64,000 nt of DNA from Nocardiopsis potens DSM 45234 (lineage in GTDB: Bacteria; Actinomycetota; Actinomycetes; Streptosporangiales; Streptosporangiaceae). The DNA lies in NCBI RefSeq assembly GCF_000341105.1, contig NZ_ANBB01000055.1:44539-108538 (forward strand). Reading direction: 5' to 3'. Each line of letters opens with the position of its first letter. Position 1 is the first letter of the stretch. The notes under the pieces are model-generated. The model did no database searches and was not told the DNA's origin. It saw only the letters and a list, made by a program, of their open reading frames with translations. The position numbers and the translations under genes are program-made. Positions 27,493 through 37,121 of the stretch are shown here, in pieces.

Positions 27493-29738
27493 GATGCGCA
27501 CCGTCCGTTCGGTCGGGGGTCGAGGTCTCGCCGGCCGGGCGGCCGGGCGGCCGAGGTGCCCAGGCCGCGCGGTCCGCCCAGCAGGCGGTTGAGGGCGGGG
27601 TGGCGCGGCCCGGCTGCGCCGGCCCGGTAGCGGCCGGTGGTCAGCGTCCACTCCCGGTGCCCGGCGAGCCACAGCCGCAGCGCCTCGATGTAGCGGTCGA
27701 CCAGGGACCGGGCGGACCCGTCCAGGCCGAGCTCCGCGCAGAGCGCCGGGACGTCGTGCCGGGAGGCCCGGTCGAACTCGCGGAGCCGGGCGTCGGCCGC
27801 GTCCGCCAGGACGTCGGCGGCCTGCTGCGCGGTGATCCCGAAGAACCGCTGCGCCACCAGCACCCCGTTGTTGACCTCGGCCTCCTCCTCCATCTCCTTG
27901 CGGAACGAGGCGATGTCGTTGCGGAGCGGCCCGATGTCGGACCACGACTCGGTGAGCGAGCGGACCTGGTCGGAGGCGAGGAACTCCTCGGGGAGCGGTT
28001 CGCCCTCCGGGCCGGAGAGCGCCAGCCGGGCCAGCGCCAGGGAGAGCGCGGTGCCGCCGGTGCGGCGGCGCATCTCGATGTAGTCGATCGGGTCCGGGAC
28101 GCGGTGCTGGACGTCGTTGCCGAGCTCCCACAGCCAGGACTCGGTGAACTCCCGGACGAGGCCGGGGAACTCCCGCCGGGCCGCCTCCGGCAGCACCGGC
28201 GCGGTCCGCCGCCACAGGTCGGCGAGGGCTAGCTGGGCCGGGTCGGCCGGTACCGGGGCGGTGGCCGGGTCCGGCGGCATGAACGCCCGGAGCGCCTCCA
28301 GGTAGGCGCGGGCCCCCGGGACGTTCCGGGGCACCTTGAACTCCTGGGCGAACAGGTCGTCCAGGTAGGAGCTCCACAGGTGCCAGCCGGCGACCAGCTC
28401 CAGGGTGTCGCGGTCGGCCCAGGGGTGGGTGAGCGCCGCGAACCGCGGGTGGTCGGCGGCGTCGAAGGCCGCCCCGTCCCAGACCGGGCCGTCCAGCAGG
28501 CCGGTCCGGCGTGCCCAGTCCCGGGAGCGCGCCCGGACCGCCTCCAGGTGCGGGCTGACCCGGTGCGGGTAGGGCATGGTGAACGCCGGGACCCGGACCG
28601 GTTCGGCCGGGGTGCGCGGCACCGGGGCGTGCGCGGCGGCGAGTGCGCGCGCCCCCAGGGAGAGCGTCGCCGCGGCGCGCGCCGCGGCCGTGCCCAGGCC
28701 CTCGGCGCCCGGCGGGCCCCCGGGGGCGCCGGCCGCCGCCGCACCCGGGTAGCGGCCGGACCGCAGGTGCCACTCGTCGGTGCCGGAGAACCACTCCTGC
28801 AGGCCCTTCACGTAGCGCAGCACCCGGCCGCACTCCTCGGCGTCCAGGCCGTGCTCGGCGAAGAGCTCCGGGAGCTCGGTGGCGGCGGTGTTCTCGATCT
28901 GCCGCATCCGGGAGCCGACCACGTCGCGCATGATCTCCGCGGCGCGCTGCGGCCCGCAGCCGAAGAAGGTGTCCATCACCAGGACGCCGTTGTCCAGCTC
29001 GCCCTCCTCCTCCACCTCGCGCTGGTAGGAGTAGACGTCGTTGTGCATGCCGGCGGCGTCGGCGAAGGAGTCGGTGATCACCCGCAGCGGGCGGGTGCGG
29101 GCGACGCGGGCCGGCAGCTCCGCGCCCAGGGCCGCCTCGACCAGCCCGGCGGACCACTCGGCGCCCCCGGCCCGGCGGCGCATCTGCAGGTAGTCGATGG
29201 GGTTGGCGACCTCGCCCGAGGCGATGGAGACCAGCTCGCGCAGGGACTCGTCGGTCAGGTTGCGGGTGTAGCCGAGGAACCGCTCGCGCCAGTCGACCGA
29301 CATCGCCGGGGCGGTGCGCCGCCACAGGTCGGCCAGGGCCCGCTCGACCGGGGCGGAGGTCTCCGGGACCTCCGCCTCCGGGTCGAGCGGCATGAAGGCG
29401 CGCAGGCCGGTCAGGTAGGCCTGGGCGGCTTCGCGGTCCCGGCCGCGCTTGAACATCTCCAGGAAGTGGTCGTCGAAGTAGAACACCCACACGTACCAGT
29501 CCGCGACCAGCCCCATGACCTCCTCGGAGCAGTCCGGGTGGGTGTAGGCGGCCAGCAGCGGGAAGTCGTGCGCCTCGTACTTCGCCCGGGTCCAGACGGG
29601 GGAGCCGTCCGGGCCGGTGTCGTCGAGGATGCCCATCTCCTCCGTCCAGGCTCTGGAGTGGGCCCGCGCGGCCTCCACGTGCGGGTTCAGCCGCGCGGGG
29701 TGGGGCGTGTAGAACGCCGGGATCTCGTAGGGGTGCAT
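27489..29738 (-). CDS. Two-domain terpene cyclase, germacradienol/geosmin synthase-like
   Basis: N-terminus [20 protein letters not shown] as in geosmin synthases. N-terminal domain DDHFLE (FYFDDHFLE) plus NSE triad [10 protein letters not shown]-terminal domain has a second Asp-rich motif (SSYLDDLF) and NSE (NDIASFRKE). 749 aa. Confidence 0.85.
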   Translation of the reverse strand: MHPYEIPAFYTPHPARLNPHVEAARAHSRAWTEEMGILDDTGPDGSPVWTRAKYEAHDFPLLAAYTHPDCSEEVMGLVADWYVWVFYFDDHFLEMFKRGRDREAAQAYLTGLRAFMPLDPEAEVPETSAPVERALADLWRRTAPAMSVDWRERFLGYTRNLTDESLRELVSIASGEVANPIDYLQMRRRAGGAEWSAGLVEAALGAELPARVARTRPLRVITDSFADAAGMHNDVYSYQREVEEEGELDNGVLVMDTFFGCGPQRAAEIMRDVVGSRMRQIENTAATELPELFAEHGLDAEECGRVLRYVKGLQEWFSGTDEWHLRSGRYPGAAAAGAPGGPPGAEGLGTAAARAAATLSLGARALAAAHAPVPRTPAEPVRVPAFTMPYPHRVSPHLEAVRARSRDWARRTGLLDGPVWDGAAFDAADHPRFAALTHPWADRDTLELVAGWHLWSSYLDDLFAQEFKVPRNVPGARAYLEALRAFMPPDPATAPVPADPAQLALADLWRRTAPVLPEAARREFPGLVREFTESWLWELGNDVQHRVPDPIDYIEMRRRTGGTALSLALARLALSGPEGEPLPEEFLASDQVRSLTESWSDIGPLRNDIASFRKEMEEEAEVNNGVLVAQRFFGITAQQAADVLADAADARLREFDRASRHDVPALCAELGLDGSARSLVDRYIEALRLWLAGHREWTLTTGRYRAGAAGPRHPALNRLLGGPRGLGTSAARPPGRRDLDPRPNGRCAS

Positions 29739-29744
29739 CGCGGC

Positions 29745-31173
29745 TCAGGAGCCCTCTCGGCCGATCTCCACGTGCTCCAGGATCCCCAGCGCGTCCGGCA
29801 CCAGCACCGCGGCCGAGTAGTAGGTGCTGACCAGGTAGGAGATGATCGCCTTCTCGCTGATGCCCATGAAGCGCACGGACACCCCGGGCTCGTACTCGTC
29901 CGGCAGGCCGGTCTGGTTCAGGCCGACCACGCCCTGGTTCTCCTCGCCGGCGCGCATCAGCATGATGGAGGAGGTGCGGGTGGAGGAGACCGGGATCTTG
30001 TTGCACGGGAAGATCGGCACCCCGCGCCAGGCCGGGACGTGGTTCCCGGCGTACTCCACGCTCTGCGGGTAGATGCCGCGCTCGGAGCACTCCCGGCCGA
30101 ACGCGGCGATGGCGCGCGGGTGGGCGAGGAAGAACGTGGGCTCCTTCCACACCAGGCTGAGCAGCTCGTCCATGTCGTCGGGGGTGGGCGGCCCGGTGCG
30201 GGTGGGGATGCGCTGGGACATGTCCGCGTTGTGCAGCAGCCCGATCTCGCGGTTGTTGACCATCTCGTGCTCCTGGCGCTCGCGCAGCGCCTCGATGGTC
30301 AGCCGGAGCTGCTCGCCGACCTGGCTCATCGGCTCGTTGTAGAGGTCGGCGACCCGGGTGTGCACGCGCAGCACGGTCTGCGCGACGCTCAGCTCGTACT
30401 CGCGCGGGGAGAGCTCGTAGTCGACGAATGTGCCGGGCAGGTCGGGCTCGCCGGTGTGCCCGGAGGACATGCCGATCGCGGCCTCGCCGTGCTCGTTGCT
30501 CGGGGTGTCCCGGCCGGCGAGGAACGCCGACACGTGCTCGCGCAGCGCCGGGGAGTTCTCCGCGACCTGCTGGAAGTCCGACCGGTGCAGCGAGAGCACG
30601 GTGGTCGCGGTGACCGCCTTGACGGTGATCTCCCACCGGTCGTCCTCGTCGACGAGGGAGAGGTCGCCGAAGTGGTCGCCGCCGACCAGGGTCTCCAGCA
30701 CGACGGGGTCGCCGAACTCGCCGGTGCCGATCTCGTTGGCCTTGCCGTGCGCGATCAGGTGGACGTGCTCGGCCGCGTCGCCCGCCTGCACGATGGGCTC
30801 GCCCGCCGCGTACTCCCGCTGCTCGAAGCGGTCGGCCAGCGCGGCGAGCGGGGCGTCGTCCTCGAAGCCGCGGAGCAGCGGCAGTTCGCGCAGCTCCTGC
30901 GGGACGACCGAGATGTCGGCGCCGGTGTTGGTGAAGGAGACCCGGCCGTCGCCCACCACGCAGCTGAGCCGGCGGTTCACCCGGTAGGCGCCGCCGGCGG
31001 TGCGCACCCAGGGCAGCAGGCGCAGCAGCCACCGCGAGGAGATCTCCTGCATCTGCGGCGGGGTCTTGGTGGTCGTCGCCAGGTTGCGTGCGGCCGCCGT
31101 CCCCAGGCTGAGTCGGGACTGCTCGGCACCGCCGCTCTGCGCGCCGCTCTCGGATTCGAGCTGCTCGGTCACA
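29745..31173 (-). CDS. Family 2B encapsulin nanocompartment shell protein (shell component 2)
   Basis: Paralog of 26059..27492 with the same cNMP-binding-like insertion and C-terminal blocks. Start assigned to the GTG at 31173 by alignment with the paralog N-terminus (..TTTKTPPQ..SxRWLLR(M/L)LPWV). Stop is 6 nt upstream of the terpene cyclase start. Confidence 0.65.
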
Positions 31174-31910
31174 GTGCACCGCCGTTTCTGCGTGCTCAGG
31201 AAAAAGAGGGTCGTTGATTCGGGGGTTCGCCCGAGCGGGGGCGGCCGGGGCGCGGGGCGCCGTCGGGGGTCGGTGGAGAATCCGCCTTTCCGCTTCCCGG
31301 GCGGGAAGCGCGCTCGGTCGTCCCCCGTTGTATCACCGCGTTTCCGGCGGCATGCGGCCGATCGGAAACAGGGGTTGTGGAAAAACCCGGAAGTGCGGCG
31401 GGGCGGCGCCATTCGGACATGGCGGATCGCTCGGCTGCGGCGCGAGAGGGGTGCTGTGAACAGTGGTGATCTTGCAGGGGTGGGGTTGCGGACACGATGT
31501 AAGAAGTCCGAATCCGATCCGGTCGGGGAAATCCGGGTTCCGTGGTGCGCACGGTTCTCCCCGGGGAGAATCCCCGCCCTTGGGGAGACCGATTCCGATT
31601 TTCTGAAATAAATAGTTCGAGTGTTCAGCGGCGTGTGAGAGGAAAGTCTGTTTCGAGTCTTATATCGGTAGATGTAAGGCGGAAACGGTTCGGTCGGTCG
31701 CGTCGAGCGGCCCCCGCCGGACGGGCCGGCCGTCCCGGGGGCGGGTGCGCCGGAGCGCGCTCCGGGCCGAACGCGTGTGATCCGCGCCGCCCCGGAAACC
31801 GCCGAGAACGCGGGAGCGTCCAGGAGAATGCGAGGGCGGTGGCGGGCGGCGACGCCTCCCCTCCGCGGGCTGGATCCGACGCGCAGGGCCGGAGCGGGGA
31901 AGGGGCGCCG

Positions 31911-33152
31911 ATGGAGCCGAAGCGGCGCGCGCGGCGCAGGACCGCGCGGGAGTGGGCACTGGACGTGACGGCGTTCCTGTTCGCGGTGGTCTGGGCCGGG
32001 CTGGTGGTGCTGGCCTACGAGCTCGACGACGCCCCGATGGCCGTGCCCGGCTGGGCGGTGACCGCCGACTTCTACGGCTGGGCCGCCGGCTGCCTGCTGG
32101 TGTGGGCGCGCCGCGGCCGGCCGGTGCCGGTGGCCCTGGCCACGGTGCTGCTCTCCGCGGTCTCCGGCGCGGCCGCCGGGGCGATGCTGGTGGCGCTGTA
32201 CGGCGCCGCCGCGCGCCGGCCGCCGCGCACCGCGCTCCTGCTCGGCCTGCTCGCGGTCGCCTGCGGCGCGGCCAACACGCTGATCTGGCGCGACCTGACC
32301 CTCCCGCTCTGGGGCAACCTGCTGTTCGGCGCGGTGTTCACCGCGGTCGTCGCCTTCTCGGTGATCGGCTGGGGGATGCTGGTCGGCGCGCGGCGGCGGC
32401 TGATCGGCTCGCTCCGCGAGCGGGCGGTGCGCGCGGAGCGGGAGGCGGAGCTCCGGGCCGAGCAGGTCCGGCTGGCCGAGCGGGAGGCCCGGCTCCTCGC
32501 CGAGCAGGCCCGGCGGGCCGAGCGGGAGCGCATCACCCGGGAGATGCACGACGCCCTGGGGCACCGGCTGTCCCTGCTCAGCGTGCACGCCGGCGCGCTG
32601 GCCTACCGCACCGACGCCTCCCGGGAGGAGGTGGCGCGGGCCGCCGGGGTGATCCGGGAGAGCGCCCACCAGGCCCTGCAGGACCTGCGCGAGGTGATCG
32701 GAATGCTCCGCTCCGGGGAGGAGGACGAGGGCGCCGGCGCCGACCGCCCGCAGCCGACCCTGGCCGGGGTCGAGGAGCTGGTGGCGGAGTCCGCGGACGC
32801 GGGCATGCGGGTCCGGCTGGACGACCGGGTCGGCGGCGCGGACGCGGAGCGGGCCCCGGGCACGCTGGCCCGCAGCGCCTACCGGATCGTCCAGGAGGCG
32901 CTGACCAACGCCCGCAAGCACGCCCCGGGCGCCGAGGTCCGGGTGGTGCTGGAGGGCGGCCGGGAGGAGGGGCTGACCGTGGAGGTCTCCTCCGGCCCCG
33001 CCGCCGAGGCCGCCCCGCGGCTCCCGGCCGGCTCCGGCCAGGGCCTGATCGGCCTGGCCGAGCGCGCCGCCCTGGTCGGCGGCGAACTGGAGCACGGCCC
33101 CACCCCGGACGGCGGCTTCCGGGTGCGGGCCCGGCTGCCCTGGCCGTCCTGA
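31911..33152 (+). CDS. Membrane-embedded sensor histidine kinase (NarL-partner / DesK-LiaS-like HisKA_3 family)
   Basis: Five to six N-terminal TM helices, coiled-coil, H-box [12 protein letters not shown], and HATPase ([21 protein letters not shown]). ATG at 31911. Confidence 0.8.
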   Translation: MEPKRRARRRTAREWALDVTAFLFAVVWAGLVVLAYELDDAPMAVPGWAVTADFYGWAAGCLLVWARRGRPVPVALATVLLSAVSGAAAGAMLVALYGAAARRPPRTALLLGLLAVACGAANTLIWRDLTLPLWGNLLFGAVFTAVVAFSVIGWGMLVGARRRLIGSLRERAVRAEREAELRAEQVRLAEREARLLAEQARRAERERITREMHDALGHRLSLLSVHAGALAYRTDASREEVARAAGVIRESAHQALQDLREVIGMLRSGEEDEGAGADRPQPTLAGVEELVAESADAGMRVRLDDRVGGADAERAPGTLARSAYRIVQEALTNARKHAPGAEVRVVLEGGREEGLTVEVSSGPAAEAAPRLPAGSGQGLIGLAERAALVGGELEHGPTPDGGFRVRARLPWPS

Positions 33153-33200
33153 CGGGCGAAGACCCCCGTTCGATTCCTACTTCTTTGATAAAGTTGATTC

Positions 33201-33485
33201 ATGGTCGCAGAGAGTTATGGGATCGGTGAAGGGCCGGCGACTCGGGTCAGCTTGTCGCTGCCCGAAGGAACCGCTGAAGCGATTCGTGAACGCATCGGAA
33301 AGCGAGAGTTCTCCGCCTTCGTTGCGGAGGCGGTCGAACGCGAGCTGCGCGGCCGAATCCTCGATGAGTACCTGGCCGATCAGGAGTGTCGCTACGGCCC
33401 GGTTTCCGACCAGGCACGGAAGCAGGCAGAGGAGATCTTCGACGAGGCATTCGGTGGGGAGGGGCGGTGGCCCGCCGCAAGCTGA
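33201..33485 (+). CDS. Type II antitoxin, ribbon-helix-helix (CopG/VapB-like)
   Basis: 94 aa with N-terminal beta-strand plus helix RVSLSLPEGTAEAIRERIGKREFSAFVAEAVEREL. Overlaps the downstream PIN gene. Confidence 0.55.
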   Translation: MVAESYGIGEGPATRVSLSLPEGTAEAIRERIGKREFSAFVAEAVERELRGRILDEYLADQECRYGPVSDQARKQAEEIFDEAFGGEGRWPAAS

Positions 33486-33880
33486 GTCGGGAAGGGACTC
33501 TGATACTGGACGGTGAAGGCTTCTCGAAGCTGCTGAGTGGCGACGAAAAGGTGCGTGCCGTGGTCGAAGCGGCCCGTCGGCGGGGTGTGGAAACGGTCGT
33601 CTGCTCGCTGACCATCATCGAAGCCGTACACGCGAACACCGATAAGGCGCGGTTGCGGTGGGTGCTGTCCGGGCTTCGCGTCCTCCCGGTGGGCGAAGAC
33701 GAGGCCAAAGCGGCCTCGGCGCTGCTGATGTCGGCCGGGCTGCACGGTCATAAGTACGCGATCGACGCCGCCGTCGCCGAGGCCGCTCTGCGGCAGAGGC
33801 GCCCTGTCGTCATGCTGACGTCGGACGTCGACGACATGAAGAAGCTCTGCGGTGATCGGATCGCCCTCTCTGCGGTGTAG
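33467..33880 (+). CDS. PIN-domain toxin (VapC-like)
   Basis: 137 aa from GTG at 33467. Acidic residues in PIN positions (LILDGEGF, E in VVEAARRR, MLTSDVDDM). Overlaps the antitoxin stop by 19 nt. Confidence 0.55.
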   Translation: MARRKLSREGTLILDGEGFSKLLSGDEKVRAVVEAARRRGVETVVCSLTIIEAVHANTDKARLRWVLSGLRVLPVGEDEAKAASALLMSAGLHGHKYAIDAAVAEAALRQRRPVVMLTSDVDDMKKLCGDRIALSAV

Positions 33881-33893
33881 TTACGCTGGCCCC

Positions 33894-34580
33894 ATGACCG
33901 ACACCCAGTCCCGGCCCCCCGTCCGCGTGCTGCTCGTCGACGACGACGCCCTGGTCCGGTCCGGGCTGGTGCTGATGCTCGGCGGGGCGCCGGACGTGGA
34001 GGTGGTCGGCGAGGCCGGCGACGGCTCCGAGGTCATGGACCTGGTGGGGCGGACCCGCCCGGACGTGGTGCTGATGGACATCCGGATGCCCGGCACCGAC
34101 GGGCTGGAGGCGACCGAGGCGCTGCGCGCCCTGCCGGACGGGCCCGAGGTCATCATCCTGACCACGTTCGACACCGACGAGCACGTGCTGCGCGCGCTGC
34201 GCGCCGGCGCCGCCGGGTTCCTGCTGAAGGACACCCGCCCGGAGGACATCGTCGCCGCACTGCGCCGGCTGCGCGCCGGGGAGCCGGTGCTCTCCCCGGC
34301 GGTCACCCGCCGGCTAATCGCGCACGTCACCGGCCCGGTCGACGAGACCGCCGCCCGCCGCCGGCGCGCCCGGGAGCGCCTCGCCGCGCTCAGCGACCGG
34401 GAGCGCGAGGTCGCCGCGGCGATCGGCCGCGGCGCCTCCAACGCGGAGATCGCCGCCGGCCTCTACATGAGCCTGCCGACGGTGAAGACGCACGTCTCCC
34501 GGATCCTCACCAAGCTGGACCTGAACAACCGGGTGCAGATCGCGCTGCTCGCCAGCGACGCCGCCGAGGACGGGGCCTGA
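33894..34580 (+). CDS. Two-component response regulator, NarL/FixJ family (REC + LuxR HTH)
   Basis: Receiver motifs RVLLVDDD, VVLMDIRMPG and LTTFD. C-terminal LuxR-type HTH LSDREREVAAAIGRGASNAEIAAGLYMSLPTVKTHVSRILTKL. Confidence 0.9.
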   Translation: MTDTQSRPPVRVLLVDDDALVRSGLVLMLGGAPDVEVVGEAGDGSEVMDLVGRTRPDVVLMDIRMPGTDGLEATEALRALPDGPEVIILTTFDTDEHVLRALRAGAAGFLLKDTRPEDIVAALRRLRAGEPVLSPAVTRRLIAHVTGPVDETAARRRRARERLAALSDREREVAAAIGRGASNAEIAAGLYMSLPTVKTHVSRILTKLDLNNRVQIALLASDAAEDGA

Positions 34581-34709
34581 CCGCCCGCCGGTCCGCCGCG
34601 CGGCCTCCGCTCCCGCCCTCCGCCCGGGTGTGACCCGCGTCGCATCCCCTTGACCTCAACAATGGTTGGGGTTTGAGGATTCGGGGAGGCGACGACGGAG
34701 GAGAACCGG

Positions 34710-36245
34710 ATGACGGCGGAACGCGGACGCCCCCGCGGGCGGGTCGGTGCGGTGATGACGCTGCTCGGCGTCATGCTCGGGGTGCTGGTGGTGGCGATGT
34801 CGATCGCCGGGACGGCGGTGGCGGTCCCGGGCATCGGCGCGGAACTGGGCGCCTCGGGAGCGGCGCTGCACTGGGTGGTGGCCGGCTACAACCTGACGTT
34901 CGCCGCGTTCACCCTGGTCTGCGGTTCACTGGCGGACCTGTTCGGCCGCCGGCTGCTGTTCGCCGCCGGCGCCGCGGTGTTCGCGGCCGGGAACCTGGTG
35001 AGCGCGCTGGCCGGCGGCATCCTGCTGCTGGACGCGGCGCGGCTGGCCACCGGGGTCGGCGGCGCCGCGGTGATGGCGGGCGGCGGGGCGCTGCTCGCCA
35101 CCGCCTTCGACGGGCCGGCGCGCACCCGGGCGTTCGCCGCGATGGGCACCATGGCGGGGGTCGGCATCGCCGTCGGCCCGACCCTGGCCGGGCTGCTGGT
35201 GGGCGCGCTGGGCTGGCGCGCCTCCTTCCTCTGCTACGTCGCGGTGGGCGTGCTGGTGCTGGTCGCGGCGGTGTTCATGGCGGAGTCGCGGGCGTCGGCG
35301 AAGCCCAGGGTGGACTGGGCGGGGTCGGCCGCCTTCGTCGCCGGCCTGGCACTGGTGATGTACGCGGTCATCGAGGGGCCGGAGCTGGGCTGGACGGCGC
35401 TCCCGGTGGCCGGCGCGCTCGCCGCCGGGCTGCTGCTCCTGGTGGTGTTCGTGCTGATCGAGCGGGCCGTGCCGCAGCCGGTGCTGGACCTGGGCCTGGT
35501 CCGCGACGGCCGGTTCTCGGCGTGGTGCCTGGCGACGCTGATCACCTCGGTCGGCTTCCTCGGCGTCCTGGTCTTCCTGCCCACCTACCTGCAGGGCGTG
35601 CAGGGGGCCTCGGCGCAGGCGGCCGGCCTGACCATGCTCCTGCTCACCGCCCCGGTGCTGGTCGTGCCCCCGCTCGGCGGCTCGCTCGTGGCCAGGGGCG
35701 TCCCGCCCCGCGGCCTGATCACCGCGGCGCTGCTGCTGGTGGCGGCGGGAAACGCGGGGCTCGCCCTGCTCCACCCGGGGATCGCCCCACTGGGGCTGGC
35801 CGCGCCGCTGCTGCTGATCGGCGTCGGCATGGGGCTGTCCTTCGGCATCACCGACGGGCAGGCGATGAGCACCGTCGACCCGCACCGGGTGGGCATGGCC
35901 GCGGGGTTCCTGAACACCATCCGCGGCGGGGCGGAGGCCCTGGTCATCGCGGTCTTCGGGGCGGCGCTCAGCGGCATCGTCGCGGCCCGCGCGGGCTCGG
36001 CGGACGCGGGGGCGCGGGCCACCGCCGGCGACCTGTCCGGCCCGGACGGCGCGGCGCTCGCCGACCACCTGACCGCGGCGTGGGTGATCGTCTCGTGGAC
36101 CGCGGCCGGGCTGGTGCTGGTCACCGCGGCGGTGGTGTTCGTCCTGCTGGCGAGGGCCCGCCGGCCCGCGTCCCCGGGGTCCGACGGGGCCGCCGGGAGC
36201 GGAGGGGCCGGAAGGGCGGACCGCTCCGAGGCCGCCGACCGCTGA
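34710..36245 (+). CDS. MFS transporter (DHA2-type, 14 TM drug:H+ antiporter-like)
   Basis: Fourteen hydrophobic segments. MFS signature GSLADLFGRRLLF between TM2 and TM3. Confidence 0.85.
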   Translation: MTAERGRPRGRVGAVMTLLGVMLGVLVVAMSIAGTAVAVPGIGAELGASGAALHWVVAGYNLTFAAFTLVCGSLADLFGRRLLFAAGAAVFAAGNLVSALAGGILLLDAARLATGVGGAAVMAGGGALLATAFDGPARTRAFAAMGTMAGVGIAVGPTLAGLLVGALGWRASFLCYVAVGVLVLVAAVFMAESRASAKPRVDWAGSAAFVAGLALVMYAVIEGPELGWTALPVAGALAAGLLLLVVFVLIERAVPQPVLDLGLVRDGRFSAWCLATLITSVGFLGVLVFLPTYLQGVQGASAQAAGLTMLLLTAPVLVVPPLGGSLVARGVPPRGLITAALLLVAAGNAGLALLHPGIAPLGLAAPLLLIGVGMGLSFGITDGQAMSTVDPHRVGMAAGFLNTIRGGAEALVIAVFGAALSGIVAARAGSADAGARATAGDLSGPDGAALADHLTAAWVIVSWTAAGLVLVTAAVVFVLLARARRPASPGSDGAAGSGGAGRADRSEAADR

Positions 36246-36329
36246 TCCGGGATCCGGCGGCCGGAGCCCGGGGCGAGGACGTCCGATCCGTCCAAGCCCC
36301 GGGCCGCACCGGGAGCGGAGACTGGGCCC

Positions 36330-36878
36330 ATGAGCGAGATCTCCGACCGATACCGTGTCCGCGCCGCCGAGTTCACCCGCCGGGTGGAGGCCGTCCCCGA
36401 GGACGGCTGGGACGCCCCGTCGCCCTGCGACGGGTGGACCGCCCGCGACGTGCTCGACCACATGTTGGACAACCACCGCAACATGCCCGGCTACGCGGGG
36501 GTGGGGCTGGACCTCCCGCGCACCGCCGCGGACGACCCGGGGAAGGCCTGGGCCGAGGCGGTCGCCGCGATGCAGGACCTGCTGGACGACCCGGAGCGGG
36601 CGGGCAGGGAGTACGACGGGTACTTCGGCCGCACCAGCATCGAGAGGACCGTCGACGAGTTCCTCGGCGCGGACCTGCTCGTCCACGCCTGGGACATCGC
36701 CCGGGCCACCGGCCAGGACGAGGCCCTTCCCGCCGACGATGTCCACAGGCTGTGGACCGCTTCCCACGAGTGGGGCGACGCCATCCGGATGGAGGGCGTC
36801 TGCGGCCCGGCGGTCCCGGTCCCGGACGACGCCTCGGAGCAGGACCGCCTGCTGGCCTTCTTCGGCCGGAGGCCCTGA
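36330..36878 (+). CDS. Maleylpyruvate isomerase N-terminal domain / TIGR03086-type mycothiol-dependent metal-binding protein (DinB-like)
   Basis: WDAPSPCDGWTARDVLDHM matches the DinB_2 metal-binding helix pattern. Confidence 0.6.
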   Translation: MSEISDRYRVRAAEFTRRVEAVPEDGWDAPSPCDGWTARDVLDHMLDNHRNMPGYAGVGLDLPRTAADDPGKAWAEAVAAMQDLLDDPERAGREYDGYFGRTSIERTVDEFLGADLLVHAWDIARATGQDEALPADDVHRLWTASHEWGDAIRMEGVCGPAVPVPDDASEQDRLLAFFGRRP

Positions 36879-37121
36879 CCCGGACGCCGGCCGGCCCGGC
36901 GGGGGGGGGGGCGGAAGCGGCCGAGAGCCGCCGTGAACCGGGGAAGGACCCCGGGCCGGCCGGGACGCCTCCCGGGTGCGCAGGGGCGGTCCCCTCGGTG
37001 ATCGCCGCGGCCCGCCGGCTCGGGAGCGCCTCCCGCGTGCGCGGGGGCGGTCCCGAGCCGGGATCGCGGCCGGGCGGCGGAGGAGGGCGCCCCCGCGGAG
37101 GCGCGGGGAGCGCCCCTCGGC

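Noticed and set aside
26059-31179. Single 1706-aa minus-strand ORF spanning the whole encapsulin/terpene region, and other giant ORFs (7042..10488 +, 45181..51591 +, 13845..15926 -, 267..2237 +)
   Set aside because: High-GC third-position bias keeps non-coding frames open. These overlap well-supported genes on the other strand or frame, have Arg/Gly/Pro-dominated composition and lack motifs. They are treated as artefacts. The real genes are the sub-ORFs listed in the features.
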